NCBI GenBank assembly: GCA_037379345.1
Contig: CM074521.1
Coordinates: forward strand, 16,702,704-16,766,703
DNA: 64,000 bases
Reading direction: 5' to 3'
Source of the DNA: Perna viridis
Lineage: Eukaryota
Shown in pieces: positions 1-15,800 of this stretch. The notes beneath the pieces were generated by a model. It saw only the letters and a program-made list of their open reading frames with translations, searched no databases and was not told where the DNA came from. A program made the translations under genes and the position numbers. Position 1 is the stretch's first letter. Each line of letters begins with the position of its first letter.

Positions 1-165
1 TTGCCGTGTACGTTATGACATTAGACCAAATCAGTGCTTCCGATCATTTCCTCTGTTAGAGTTCGTTCGTAAATTAGTGCAGATGAAAGTAAAATAGACT
101 TGTACTACGTTGGGATATATTTATGTTAAAAATTTCTAATTTATTACTTCACTTTTATACCTCTA

Positions 166-223
166 ATGGGGTCAGTGCATGGACTTATATTTCTTCTTGT
201 TTATTGCCTACAAATTGCCAAAG
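166..223 (+). CDS. BAMBI: BAMBI exon 1 (signal peptide)
   Basis: ATG at 166 gives MGSVHGLIFLLVYCLQIAK(G), a hydrophobic signal peptide, then a strong donor AAG|GTGAGT in phase 1. It joins in frame to the acceptor at 16224 to give ...IAKG-EIRCYC, the expected mature N-terminus. Confidence 0.85.
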
Positions 224-3200
224 GTGAGTTTATCTGGTGAAAATATTTACCATAATTAATAGCTGTCTCCAAATACACAAACTTTGGTATAAATGTATAC
301 CTGGTGTACGTTTTCGAATTTTCTCAGTCATTCCTATTGAATCGCACGCTGAGTAAATGTTGTGTTATAAGTTACTTGACAATTTTTTTTACAATTTATG
401 AGAAAGTACTGTAAAGATATTGAAAATAACGACCCGTTTCTAGTATATCGATCTGCGATAGATATGATCAGAGTAAAGATCCAGTAATAATCTCTCAGAT
501 CAAAACAGATAAAACCATAGGCAAACATAGACCAGTCAGATTGTAAATATTTGTGTGTTGATATATACTGCATGTGCATTCATCTTAAATTTACTTTATT
601 TATTAATGTTTGTAAATAGTGGGGAATCGACTTCTGATGAAATACACTTCCTACAAGAAATGCATTTTTCTTTGTAATTTTGACGAAAGAAACTACATTT
701 AACACTGAGTTTTCATATATTCTAGGGATATCAATATGAATTCAAAATCCTGAAAACGAAAATTTTTTTTATGTTTAACTATTTAAGTCATATTTAAGCT
801 ATTTGTGAAAAAAATAGTGAGTGCATGTACCTTAATTAGCATGCAATGGTTCTACTCTCAAATAATTGGACATACATTTTACACAGGTAGAAATTTCAAA
901 ATTTATTTACGAGCAAAAATGTCGAATTGTTCTTTTTTTCATCACTTCCAAGAAACAGTGAAGTGGAGTAATTATTTTGTCTCTATCATTTATTTACTGA
1001 ATGTTTGTCCATATGGTATGGGGGATAATGACACAGGGGACTGTATTATGTACTAGACCTGCAGTCTTCATTGACCATTAACCCTTGTTGAGATTAATTA
1101 CCGCTGTCAGCCATGAATAAGTAATTACAAATGTAAGCTATTATGAATATACACATGGGCCCAGTCAACTGTAGATTGTACATGTTTAAGACGCATTGAT
1201 CTTAATGATATCGGGGTCAGGAAATATAGACCTATTAACCTATACTCTCTGTTAAAAAATAAGGAATAAAAACAAAACTCTTGCATAAAAATTGTAACTA
1301 TGGTTCTTCCATCTCAAAAAACTGGACTTAAATTCATTGACTTTTATTGTGCTCCATACCAGGAAACGAAATTGCTCCTCATTTCCTTTCTAGCTTCCTT
1401 CATCCTTGTAGTGACATTATGAATAAAGAGAAAATTTAAGCTGATATCATAGAACTTGTCAAATTTTATGTCTATTTGAAATGCCACCCTTTTAGAATAT
1501 AGCTGGACCAACTGCTGAAAAATGTACACACATCTCTGTCGTTGTCCTTTAATTTATGCGACAATATTATACTTTTAAAGTCAATATAAACATTAAAATT
1601 TGAGAAGAAAACTGTGAATTTCTACACAGGCTAAGCAGTGTGAATGGCGGTCAGCAGGGTTTCCCTCTATCGCCCCATCTTTGTCTTTGTTCACCAGTAG
1701 TCGTTTATTTACAAATCTAGTGAAAATAATTTTGCTATCAACATTTATTATACCAAATCAACTGCGTTACATTTTAAATATCTTATTTCATATTCGTATT
1801 TTGGCTTTTTCTAGCCCCGTAGATATTAACTCACGGGGATAAATGCTATGAAATTTTCCTTGATAAAATCTTTAATTTTCATGGATAGTATTTTATAGTG
1901 TTTTTATGTCGTTCTATACAAATCTGCCTTGATTACTTCTGTAACATAAAACTTAACCCAAAGGAATGATAACTTAGATGAAGTAAGCTACCATAGCCAA
2001 AATTTTATAGATTTTTATTTACATAAATCTAAAAGCTATTTCATATTTTTTACATATTTTACAGATCTGACAAAAAAATCTTAAAAGAATGCCGAATTGT
2101 TTTTATTATGGCTTTTAAGATAAAGAGATACCAAACAATATTTTTCATCAGCCCGGATAGTTTTAATGCTCCAAGATAACAATTACTAGAACGAATGCAT
2201 GCATAAATTGGCGAAAATCTCTCCCTAAAGTACTTACATACAGTTGTAAATAACATTGCAAGGTATATATTTACGAACGAAGTGGGCAATAGTACTTGAC
2301 CATATTACCCTTATGCACAAATGTTAGTACATCATTGTAAAATGTTTGGTTATTAATGATTGTCAAAAGTATAAATTTCTAAACGATTTTTATAGTAACT
2401 GATACGTGTTCTTAATTTGATCATTATTCTGGTCACTGGAGCAACTTTGAAAGTGGCTTCACTAATGGGAAAACTGCATGCACTTAAAATCAGCTGATTC
2501 TTTAATTCGGTTAAAAAGAGGGGAGTAAATGTGGGTAATCATCTTAGAAGCGATTGAGTGATTTTCTTATCTTTCACCTCCTGAAATAACTCCGAATGAG
2601 GACGTCCTTGTTTATGATAACTTTATAGAACCTACATGTATCCTCTTATAATTGTCCATGGATGTACATAAACAAATTTAATGTATATTCTACTCCTGTC
2701 ATGAAAACCCATCTTTCTTTACAGTGCACCAAACTACAAGTTGGGGTCAAGAATCTACAGTGCTGGTTATGAAGATAAAAGTCCCCATTTGTCTTCAGTT
2801 GTCAGCTTTAAATTCATGTCTTCAATTGTAGTCGTTTGTGAAATGACAACGGACATCACTTACACGAACGACATGTTAATTCCTAATGTACATTTGTACA
2901 GTTATAGTTTAAAGTTTTTTAGTGTATCAGAATGGCGGTTTTTGGTTGATGTACACGAATTTCTGAAAATTATCTTTGGATCAGTAAAATTACATGTAAG
3001 TTTCATATTTGACTACGTGCTGATTAGATTAAGACCACATCCGCACCCCGACACATCCCTAAAAGACATGAAATGTAATTAACCCCTTACGATTATTAAT
3101 TTTTCATTTCAGTTCAAAAACATGAAAAGCAAACGCTACATAGACAGTTGATAACATGCTCTATTTAGTTAAATTGAAAAGTTTACTCTAAATCTAATCT

Positions 3201-6200
3201 ACGCAAATAATGGTCATTAATGTGACGCCCAGATACTAGAATCCGTCGTTAAAACAAAGGGACGCAGATAATGCTTACTTGAGAAATATATGCTACAGTT
3301 TATGAACCACTATAAGGAGATTCCATTCCTTGTGCACGTAATCTGTACTCTTGTCTTGGTTGTGTCTTCGACGAATTAATGGTATCAAGTATTAGTCATA
3401 GTAGGAATGATGCAAATTCTTTAATTTATGATGCGACAAAAAAAGGCTACACATTTTGTTTTATTTGGTTGCTTCATAGGTGTCTATGATGAAATGTATA
3501 ATTATTTATTCCAATCTGTCTGCTGAAAAGCCACATGTAAGAGTTAGAAATAGTAGCCTGCCCGCCAGCCCGAGACTGCCTATTTTTTTGGTAGGGCTGG
3601 CAAATTTAGCAAAAATCTCTATAGCCATTTAGTAAATATATTGAAAAACTGTATTCAGGACAGACTAGAATTTGAGTGAGCTTCCTACGCGGCACATGTT
3701 AATATCTCTTTACTATAACACTTTAAACAAAATATCAAAAATGAAAATACGTAGGCTTTCCGACCATGTGTATCACATTTTGCATGATTCTTAACTGGAG
3801 GGATACTTGAATAAAGTACTTTCTACCATTTTAAGAAATCAGAAACTCCTACTTATTTTTACACATTCTTATCGTTTAATAAACCGAAATCTCTGAAATA
3901 GTCACGTAGTGATTGAAAATTTTATGCCAGAACAGTTACAACTACATGTACTTGGTTTGATAAAAAAAGGCAAAATAAAGGTTTGAGGTCTGCATGAAAG
4001 AACAACAGTTCATGAACATTGACCACTAACCAGCTTGCATGTACATTCCACACCTGTACATGTATACATGCAACACATGTAAGCGATTTGTATATTTTGT
4101 TTTGCTGTCTACTTTTTCTCTAGTGATGTTGACATGATATTCGTGTGGGGTTAGGATGCAATTTAATAGAAAGGTAAACTACTAAACTGTCATCAAAGAG
4201 TCAAATAACACGCTGGGGTTAAGTAACTTAATGGGTTTATGAAATTTACTATAAGTTTATTGATTCCACTAAGACGATCCTGTGGACTCCTGAACGGAAC
4301 TGTATAAAATGAGGAGTCCCTACCCAGAAACGTCGGAATGTATTTACATTTATATTGCCTTCAATACACACGTGTTTGTTTTCTCCTTCGTTTTAAAGTC
4401 ATTGGCGCCCATTATTTTAAAATTTATTGTGCATTCTTATCTGTTCACGGGTTATCAATATGCAATTTGCAAATGATAGTGCAAATCTTAAGTTCGTTTT
4501 TTGTTTGCTTATCTTTCTTTATTATATTAAGGGTGGGTATTTTTGTTTTTGTTTTGTTTTTGACATAATTATTCTTTTAAGAAGTAATCTACTGGCGTGT
4601 ATTACAAATCCAGTTTAAGGATTCATTTTCGCATACGTTCTCATATCAGATGTATTTACTTAAAGTAACTAAAAGCATGACTCCGGAAGTTTCCATACTC
4701 TCAAAATAAAATGGATGCTTTATTTCAAAATAAATGTCCTAACAAGAAGGATCTTGTTTCATTACCTAATCACAAGTGAACACTGCAAATGAAATGATGC
4801 ACCAACGGCTTGTCTGTCATTGACATATTCGCTGTAAGTAATTCGACATCTTAATGCTTATAAATAAGCAGTGCTATGTATCGTTCAGTATCGTTTGTTC
4901 GAGTTAGGTATGCAGACGATACCGTTTCTGACAGTTCCACTTCGACATCTGACAAGACTCCATTTATCCTGTAGATTTCTAATGTCTTCTGGTGCAAGGA
5001 ATACACTTTTATGATGACAAGTAATTTGTCATGAGAAACTAGAAACTAATATCGTCTGCCTGAGGAGATTTGGTACTACGCGTGATTGTTTATTTTTCAC
5101 GGCTCAAATCAGTTTGACATTAGAAGTTTTGCGCGCATGCAAATTTATCTCGTTGGATTTCTATTACGGGAATGACATAAAGGAAACCTCAACTAATTTT
5201 ATAGGTCAGCTTATTCCTGAAACCCTTGAAGCGCGGTTCTCGTCTGCCATTGCGGCTGTTCATTCTCTTCTGTAGACGACGATACACGCGTTTATCTGGT
5301 TATGTGAAAGTGCCATGCATCTCTTACTTGATTAACATGTCTGTTGAATTACATTTTCGCACCGGTTTAACAGACCAATAAGAGATTAATCGACATACGG
5401 ATTGGATACTGTTGTCTCCAGAAATATGGATTTTAGATAATAGCTGGCGGGCATGACAGATGTTCTTTATATCTTACCATATCTTCTTCATATTATCACT
5501 GAGAACCGACCTGTAAATATCCGTATCGGTACATGTATAAACTCTAGATAGATATCAGTAAACATTATGGGATTAATAAAGATAATAATGAAAAGACAAG
5601 CCGACAAATTATCGCTTATAATGTCTAATAATCACCTATACAGCGAATAATTCGAGCCACGTGTTTCTACCAGTAGCTTGCCAATGACATCATTTCGCTT
5701 GACAGTGATTGAGCCTATATTACTTAATTAGCCTTAATAAAGTATGGAAATTGTTCTGTCGGTAGAAATTATAGCACTGTTAAACAGCGAATGCGATTGA
5801 CATTTCCATCTGCCTTACAGTGCTATAGGTTCGTTTTGTTAATTTTCTAATTGGCAGGTTTCGGGATTATCTCTCGGTAGCTGAGCGGTGTCACTGATAA
5901 ATTGACTTGAAAACATCTCTAATTGAAAAATGGTCCATTTCATTCTCTATTTGCCTCTGTACTTTTATTTTAACGCATTCTGATGACCAGAATTTAAACC
6001 GGCAGCGGCACAACCCTTTGTAATTGAAACCACCACTAATTTCAATTTGTTTTCACTTTTTGTTGTAATAACAACTCCAACAGTGTGGATAATCCCAGTT
6101 CATTCAGTTGTAATGGTGTTTTATAACTGTATTTAAAACGAGTTTTGCACCATGTTATTATGTCCATTGAACGACGTTCATTTTACAGGGTGACAATGGG

Positions 6201-9200
6201 CATAGCTAGTCAGACTATGTAGTTCGGTATGCTACTCACAAGATAACGGGTATCTTATAACACCACACAATTATCTCGTGCTTTCTTTGAAAGAGCAAGA
6301 TCGGCGTTCGTTTCTTCCCTGGCTTTCTTTCACCACTAACGCAAGTTTTTCTTTTTGGCAGAGTTATTTTCGCTTTCTTTGCTAGGGGAAATAGCTGGTC
6401 TGTAGTTGGCATGTTTGGCATGTGAACCTATCCAACTTTAACCCCAGAAACTGTACCAGTTATGTTCAGACGTCGAAACATTTGTATTATAACCTTGTTA
6501 CCAAACTCTATCTTAACTGTACGAGATAAATAGCCCAGTTACAATTTAAAAGCAGACAATTTTATAGACTTTACAAAGGACTCGGCGTTCTTGTGTTTGG
6601 AACCAATCAAAATTTGACGAGGGTAATTAATAATAATATTTCTCTATACTGTGCTGTAGATTTCAATCCTTTTACATCGGATTTTACTTTCTGGAGCATC
6701 GGTCTTTAGTGTCCTTATGCTTTTCGTTTTTCTGTGTGCATCTTTTTAGTTCTTCTGTGATGTACGACTTGATCTTCGTGTATTGTTAATTTGGTTTTCC
6801 GGTTGTTGTCTCGTCTAAGTCCATTTTCGGTATTACCATTTCTCCCTTGTTATACGGAAGATACTCAAATGTATACATTTAACACCATCGTCTGCTCCGA
6901 ACAGAACGAACCCTGATAACTGCTAGCTCAGTATTTCTGGTCTTTTGTACTCCATGTTGTAAACATACCTTGGCAGCAGATACTTCAAAGAGATAGTGGA
7001 ATTTTATCTTAATGAGTACGATATAGTATCACTTGATAATTGTTATGGATGCGTTTGAGATGAATGATCGACACCTTTCGGTAGTTTTAGCTCCTGTTTT
7101 CATCCCCGATTGGTCGTAAATTCTTATAATGCTATAGTACATGTACGTTTGTTGCCTTAGGAGTCATGTTTAATGTTTATAAATACGAAGGAAGTGTGAA
7201 AATATGAATTATTTGACGGTTCTTCTGCTAACCATTGCGCTACACTTGTCAGTTGAAATGTTGCATACCGGTATGCAAAAACAGAACTGAAAAGGATACA
7301 CGCGAACTTCCATTTGTTCAATGTTCACTATGCCAATGCTGCATGTGAAAGTGTTCATTCATGTCTAGCAAAACCTCTATTCCCATTTTTATTAATCCAG
7401 TTTCATTAATGTGTACTTAATTTGCTGTGCATTTGTAATTAATATACTGCCTGCATTTGTAGTTATACCAAAGTATCTAAGAATGGAATTTATTTAAAAT
7501 ATTTTTATCACAAATTAAATATATGAATGGAGATGTTACTTTGCTTTAGGTTGTTTTGTGGAATACGGTTTTGTTAGTGTGATAGAACGATTGTTATTGA
7601 AGAGTTGCACAGCTTACGTGTACATGTATTAAAAAGCATTGTGTACGATCGCAAACGTATCTGATATCATCTTTATCAACAGGGGCCATCGGTTTACACT
7701 TGGTTGATTTTGGGGTGTGAGTAATTCGACACCAATACTGGTGAAGGATACGTAATGTGTTGTAACGTTATAGTCTTCTGTTTGAAGGTGACTGTAGTTT
7801 GATTGTTTTGTCTTATTGTATCGTTGACGAAACTTACAGACCAAGTCTGTTTTGAAGTTTTGTTTTCATTTAAATGAAAAAAATTCCTTATACGCATATG
7901 TATTTGTTTAGGGTACCATTAAAAGAGGCAATTTTCTCCAAATTTTCCGCGGAAGGTCACAATAAAATTGTTCTAATTGTTGCAATTAAACGGAAATTCT
8001 TGAGAAATAATTACAAAAAATACTTTCCAAATCGCTTTGGCTCGCTCTGACTTTAGAATAGACGTTTCGTGTCCTGTATTGTGCTGCGATTATTTATTTT
8101 TCAAATTTAAAATAAATTTAAAGCCTGTCAAGGGCTGAAATAATGATTTAAATGAGTTTGTTCAGTCTGAGATCTTTTTATGGATAGTTTACACAAGGTA
8201 AACTTTACCTCTATTCACACTGACTATATGACAAAATATATGGCACTCAGTTTCTCCTGGATTTAGGAATTACGTTTGAACAAAAATTTGTGCCACTTAA
8301 AGTTACTTTAAAAATATCTGTGCTAGTTTGAAGTTGCCTATAGTATGCTGGGATTCTTATAAGAGTCATGAGTTGCTTCCGCGTCTTTCAAACGCTTTAA
8401 TAAAGGAAATCAATCCTGAAGTTTTACACGGTTCCATGAATGGCTTCGTGAACTTCATTCATTTTAACTGTATGTAAGAACGTAGAACAGTCTGTCGAAT
8501 TACGTGGTTACATACAGGTAACTACAACAAAAACATTTAGCATCTTGTGAACCTAATCGCTGATAAGTACTGGTCATTTAATCTTTTTAGAAAAGACATG
8601 TATATGCTTACATTTAAAACTAATCGCGTCAACGTTTGACAAATTAACCTTCCATTGTATTGTATCAAGCTTCCGATAGGAAATGTCGTTGGAAGTGAGA
8701 TTCTATATTACGTTAATAACAATTAATTAATTATTAATTACAGCATTTCTAGATTTTTCTCCAGTCGTTTAGCAGACTACTTGGCGTGCGATCGTGAAAT
8801 TTTAAAAGCCACGAAAGTAGATAACTATTTTAAGATAAATTTACTAAGTTGCTTCTGATAACCTGAAACTAAGGCCCATTCCTACCAGTATTTGTTTTTG
8901 GTTATTAATTTATCATTTATCTTACTTTGAGTGACATGTTGTATTAACACGCTCAAGCAAAATGGAAGAAAATGGCCCTTTAAAACAAACTTTCACCGTT
9001 CGTCTCTTGTGTGATCTGAATTTAAAACCGGGTGATAAACTACTAAAGTTTGTCAAGCAACTGAAAAATTTACTTGGTCACAAAGCCTGTATTTTGACAA
9101 ACATTCGAGAAAATTAACTACGACTCCATTAAGTTTCAAAGGATGAATCGATCTAGCCATTAGGAGAACAAACTTGGAATAAAAAGAGTATTATCGTGGC

Positions 9201-12200
9201 TAATTTATCTTCAGGAAGAGGCTAGCTACAGACTTGAGAAACCATTGAAAAGTGACAAAAAGTCTTTTTAAATTACAAAAACTTTTAATATGGCCACTTG
9301 TAAATCATGCTAGCACGCTACCTGAGTTGGGACGTGTATAATAGAGTTGCTATAGTTCTGAAGCAAATTTACACGTTAAAAAAACATTCCTAGCAATTTT
9401 AATTGCTTCAAGACTCCAATATTTAAGAATGAAAATGTAACGGCTGTACATATGTGGTTTTATCAATATTATATATAATAAACAAATTCCCTGTTTCACG
9501 ATATGCTCATCTTAGGCTGTTCTTCCATGTGGAAATGACTATCAGCATGGGAGATGATGGGCTGTGTATAGCAACATTTCACTTAATATTTAAAGATAAC
9601 CCTATTCATGTCTCCGCTTTAGATTTTATACAATAGTCCTCTACAATTGAGTGTAACCCATCGTATGTCTTTATTAAAGGTGCATTATTTCTGTAAAAAA
9701 AATTGTAGACCTCGTTACACGTATGACTGCTCGCTTACAGTGCTGACAGACAGTCAATATCACAAGTGCTTCATTTTTCATTCTTTTCAATTTCTATTCA
9801 AGAACGTTTTAGTCAATACAAAACCGATTGAAATATGGTTTTCATGGTATAAACAATGCAACTTAAAATAGATGTTACCGATGAAGTAACATAGTTTGAA
9901 TATTAGCGTAGTATATGGTTTTTCTTCTGCTCGATTTAGCAGTGTAGCATAGGTAGTGTGTATGATACTCCTGTCGTGTTTGATACTAGCCTTTGCGTAA
10001 ATAGGTACTTCATTGCGTAAATGTCCAGTATAAGCTCCGTATTAGTTTTATCACGTTACTGTATTTAGTACATTATTTTCTTTCAATAAGAAATTTCTTG
10101 CATAAGCATTTAGTGATTTATAAAAAATGGACTTACGGAAACTCAATTGGTCACACTTACATTTGTACATGTTACGGTATATAAACAAATTTGATAGCGA
10201 CATGATTACCTCGAAAACTTCGGATATAACGTGTACTTATATCGTTAATTGATCAATACTTGTATTAAGAGACAAGGATTTGGAGTTTATTTTTGGTGAC
10301 ATTCGTCAAAAGATTAACCATAAAATTACGCTTTTGCACTCGCTCAAAAATTACATATTCGATTCGCAAGTGAGACACAGTGTTTTGTTAACTGATCAAA
10401 TTACAAACCAAACACATTTACAAAGAATGCATTTTTTGAATATGATTTGGGTTTTAATACCCTTTTAAGTTTGTCAATCTGTAAAAGAAGATATCAGGTC
10501 GGTCGGAAATATCGTCGAATTTATGACAATCGTTTACAATAGGGGTGAATTCAAACATAAAGCACGCTACTTCACATAGGTTTAATATTTATGCATAAAT
10601 TTTGTGCTTAAAATCCAATACATTAAAGGCGAAATATGCTAACGTTTTGATAATGTGCATTTTTTATTAGGTGGGAGTTCCTTAAGTTAAAAGATTTGCA
10701 AATTGGTAAGTAAAAACGAAGTGAGGAAAGAATAGTCGAAAGAAATATGACTTGTTAACGATCTCTCAGTACATAGTACAAGCATATCATTTTGTATGTT
10801 CTTGGTGACTACTTCAGTGTGTTATCTATTGCTTCAGGCAATTTGCACCAAGTTACAGACATTTGGAAGTTTTAAGGGTTACTGGGGACTTCCGATCATT
10901 AACTGTTCTGTAAACATCCAGGATCGTTTGCGTGCAAAGTTGTCTGCTCTCGGCAAAAGCCCTCGGACGCTATACTTGACTTGATTTTCTTGATTTTCCT
11001 TTCATTTTCATTTTCGAAAAGGAAAAAAATGAATATACATTGTACATACCCCAATTACTGCTTTAGTTTAGATCTTTTCCTATACAATGGTGACCGCATG
11101 TGATTTATTATATTGTGAAGTAAGTGTTGATTATTCAAAACGGGTTGATACGACCACAGTAGTGCCTGGTCTTTGATAAACCAGTGACCACCCGTAATGT
11201 TTTGTAATCTAGTCAATAAATTGCACAGTGGCTAGGTTTAGATGGTACAGTTTTAAAATTACTTGGACATCAAAAAGTAGTGATTTAATTGGTAAAGACG
11301 CATTTACACAGAAGAGCGAAAACCCAGGTACAATACCAGAAAACTAATTACACATAATTATTTGCTAGTAAAAACCTTTCTCTTCATAAAACCTATTCAA
11401 AAGTATAGCTTATAACCGGACAGAAAAGAGATTTAATATCACCAGTCAAGATTTAGTTACTGATAAAATATGATGCGAGATCATACAACAAAGGGCCAAT
11501 CTTTTTCGGTGAATCAACGTTCTTTTTAATCGTTCGTGTAAAAATGAACATTTTTTAAAACCATTTACTGTGGATGATCCTTGGGGCTTAGAGTTAGCTC
11601 TGTCATACACTTTCTATACATAAGACAGAAACTTCCCGCGGCCTTGAGATTAGAGCATGTACATAATTTACCTTCAAAGCTCAAAAACGTACTTTGTTTA
11701 TACACTCAGATTCCGGTAGTGGCAGATCTAGGGGAGAGTTCCGGGTGGAAAATCTCCTTTATATGAAAAAAAAAAGAATTGTTAATTTAGTGCAGATTAT
11801 GGCCAAGGACGCCCGTTCTCTTATATCTGGATCGAAATACTTCCTTCAAAAATATTTGAATCCGCTAGTAAAATGGGCTAGGTATTTATTTGCCCCCCTT
11901 TAAGACCACGAGGCAGATTTTAAATCAAAATTATATTTTAAACTTTTATTAAGTCGATAAAATTAATTGTATTCTCTTCTTAACATTCACAGGTACATTT
12001 TAATTATTCTAGATTGATACATTCACGGTTCAATATTCTGTATACTGGTGTAACTGCATGTAATTTACAGCATGGATGTCTAAATAGACATTCGTTTTAC
12101 ATCAATACGTACATGAACTACCGCCTTCACTATCCCACTTGGCACCACACTTCTATAAAATTGCAAAAGTATTCAATGAGACTTGTTTTCGCATGTTGAT

Positions 12201-12399
12201 AAGACCTGAATACAATTTGATGTTACGACTAATCGGAAGTCAAAAAAATCCGAGGACTTAGATACTTAATCTATTCTGATCCTCTTCAGCGATGAGCAAA
12301 GTGAAAACAGCTGCTTTTTAGCATGCAAACACAGAGGAAGAGATTTTCGAAATTTTACTACTATCTTTACTGCATCACTAAGACGGTGAATATAAACTG

Positions 12400-12676
12400 A
12401 CATATACTTGACTTCGACAAAACAAAACCGGAAACCCGTCTAAACTGGCCAGAAAAGTGCCAAACCAAATCACGAACTAAACGTCAAACATATATCTTGA
12501 CTTCGACAAAACAAAACCGGAAACCCGTCTAAACTGGCCGGAAAAGTGCCAAACCAAATCACGAACTAAACGTCAAACATATATCTTGACTTCGACAAAA
12601 CAAAACCGGAAACCCGTCTAAACTGGCCAGAAAAGTGCCAAACCAAATCACGAACTAAACGTCAAACATATATCTT
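12400..12676. repeat. Tandem repeat, 89 bp x 3, nearly identical
   Basis: ACTTCGACAAAACAAAACCGGAAACCCG recurs at 12411, 12500 and 12589. Confidence 0.95.
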
Positions 12677-12751
12677 TAAAACCAACCATATTCTGATGTA
12701 TATGTTAACTTCATACCAGACTCAGTGCATATAGACTTGTATAATCTTACT

Positions 12752-12830
12752 GATTGATTGGTTGATCATGGTTTAACGTCCTTTGGCAAATACTTTATGT
12801 ATATTCTGTCCATAGATGAGTTCATGTTAC
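12752..12830 (-). mobile_element. 3' tail fragment of a SINE/LINE
   Basis: gattgattggttg...gtttaacgtcc...tatattc is the reverse complement of a tail like that at 28585-28645 (gaatatagc...ggacgttaaac plus a 4-nt microsatellite). Confidence 0.45.
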
Positions 12831-15800
12831 AAATATCTATATTGATTCGACACAATAGCCCACCGTCTGGTATTTACAGTCGTTCTCGATATTTTCTGAA
12901 ATTTTATAATCTCCATCTCACGACGGCGTTTTATTTTCATACCTGCTGCTGTAACAGTAGTTACAGTATCTTCATCACAAAAATATGTAAAATCCTCACT
13001 ACAATTTGTCAATGTAATATCGTAATGGTTATTTGTTTTATAGTTTGTCGTCAGAGAAAAGTGCATTCTTGTATTGGCGTCTGAAGTCACGTGTGTTATA
13101 TTTTCTCACTTAGGAGGTCAATGATAGTAAATATGTACATTCTGATCTGTATTATAAAATATTAATGCTGCTGCTAAGTTTTTTTTTCAATGATTACGAA
13201 TGAATTCGGCTTTTGATCATAATACAAATCTATAATAAAACTTTGCTTTGTGGCTCCCATTGGGGCCTCTGGTTTATTTGTAATGATAATGTGCAGTCAT
13301 GCGGAACGGAAATAGAAGCGGTGATGCTATATTGTGCATCACGCGTAGAATTGAGCCATAAATCTAGAGACATGAAAAGCATTCTCGTACAATTTCATTT
13401 ATAACGATGACTTTTATTAACACAAAATCTCTTTTCTCCTCTATCCCTAGAACCCTGTCCTGCGGATTTCATTCGTTTTTGTTGCGTTTTATAACTTCAT
13501 TTTGAAATATTCCTGAAGCATGGAGTTAATAGATTTTACCAACAGATCCTTCAATATTTATTTATGTTCAGCATTTTTTTTTTTTTTTTTTGTGAATTTG
13601 CACGAAAGTGAAGCTTTATTATATACATTTGCATCTTATTTAATACGTGAGAAACACCACTGAATCTGTGACAATAATGTATAAATAAGGATTGTTAAAA
13701 AACAATATCTGAAATGATGAATTTAAGGCAATAGCCTAAATGAATTGTCAACAAGGAAAGTCATATACCAAATAGCAACATCAAGGCGAAAAAAACCCGG
13801 AAATTGGAAACAAACGCAACGGTCCTGATTTAGTAAAAACATTTCCATTGGTGCCTGGGTAAAATTAGATTTTGTTGATTTCGGTATGTTGCACTGCAAA
13901 CAGGCAATAAAATTGCCACTGGGCAAAGTTGGTAAATGACATGAAAAAGGAGAAAAAATGACGCAAATAACAGATTATGAATTTCAGTGCATTATTATAA
14001 CAAAAAAAGTTAAAATTTGTATTTAGTATTAAATCCTATTAGTCACCCCCTTTGAAAGTTCTGTTGCGATGTGTCTTGTATAAATATGTACTGTCAAAAT
14101 TATCATTCAAATTATACAAAAAGGAAAAAAAAACACATTTTGGGTTTTACCAACAACGGACAGGAACGGACTAAGGGAAAACTTTATGGATTTACCAGTC
14201 GTTCTGTAATGTTCCCTGTGATTTATTACAGCAGAAAAACAAACGAACAATATTCCTATGAATGTGTTTCTCACTTAACAAATTGATTGTGTAATTCATA
14301 TTTGTATGCGCTACAGCCGAAAATTACTAACGTCTTTGAAACATCAGTGGTTTTGTTTTTGCCGTACTATATTAAGAAAATGAATTTGTTTCTTTGTATA
14401 ACAGCCGACAATTTATATGATAGAACTTCTGATGCTTCAATTACAGTCCATTATATTTAGTTGTAAACACTAAAAGCTTCGTTGGAATTATACTTCTGCA
14501 AAGATACACATTCGAAAAGTTAAGTTGAATCGTAAATGGACTCAATATGGTGTACTTGTACAATTTCAGTAAATACTAATATATATTAAAGTATACAGAA
14601 GTAGATGATGCCTTATGGAAAAGGAAAACAATAATTTGTCAGCTTTTTTTCACGTGGAGTGAAACAGTATGATTATTCAAACTGACAAATAAACAATATC
14701 TGAGGAAAAAATAAGATTTTTGTCCATTTAGTGATTTCTTATAAACATCTCCACACTCATACTTCTGTCGCATACATGTACATGTACATCATTAAGGGTA
14801 AAATTACATAAGTGTTCATTAATCCCATGAGTTTATCCCTGCATGCCAGTGATCTGAATAGCCTAACTCCCATGACTGTCATAGAGACAAGACAATATTA
14901 CTTATATCGCTGGCGATAATCAGTTAATTTGTAAACGTCTGGTGATAACATCTTAGTCGGGGAGGCTGACATGCTTTCAGCAGATTTATTGTTGTGTCTG
15001 ATTCTGAATTATATATCTCCCACATACCTAATCTACACTTTATGGTATATGATAATCAGAATATTGTACAGATACATGTATTGTGTAAACAACAGTTTGT
15101 TTCTTGTTCATTTTTATTCATAGTTCAAAATTTTAAAAGTCAAAGTAGGATGCGAGCAATTATTTCTTTTGATCAAATTGAGCTGCCATACTCAGCCGAG
15201 TTTGTTTTATAGGGATGGCGCCGACCGCCCCTTCACTTGTTGCGCCTTTGCACTTCATATATTTGTTCAGACAATCGACATTCTTCTTGACACACACATA
15301 TACAGCAGTGCATCTAATTATCTGGTAAAAATCTCTTGACTTCAAAACATAATTTAATACAAAATAGTGATTTGCTACGAAATAAATGTCGTGTATGCAG
15401 TCCATTTGTAACTAAGTTTGATGGCGGAGGGGCCTCGGTTTCTGAAGTTGCTTCTAACCAGCTTTAATTGAGACGAGTTTTTAAAGTGACTGCTCCTTCA
15501 CGGCACATTTAGGCAAATTGTAAAAACATGTAGATAGACAAGATAAACACAAATAACGAATGAATAAGATAAATATCTTTGTGAATGGAACTATTGAAAT
15601 GCTCAAAGAAAACGATGAATCTTAATTTCAACAACATGACGAAATGAAAGCAAAAATTGCATTTAAATTGTTTAGAGACAGACAGACTAGAAGTTCTATG
15701 TTTTTACAATGTAGCGATCATTTTCAATAGGTACGTCGAGATTAGAAAACTTCCCAGACGGGAGTTTGTGTGTATTTCATTACGTATCTGTTTTCACATC

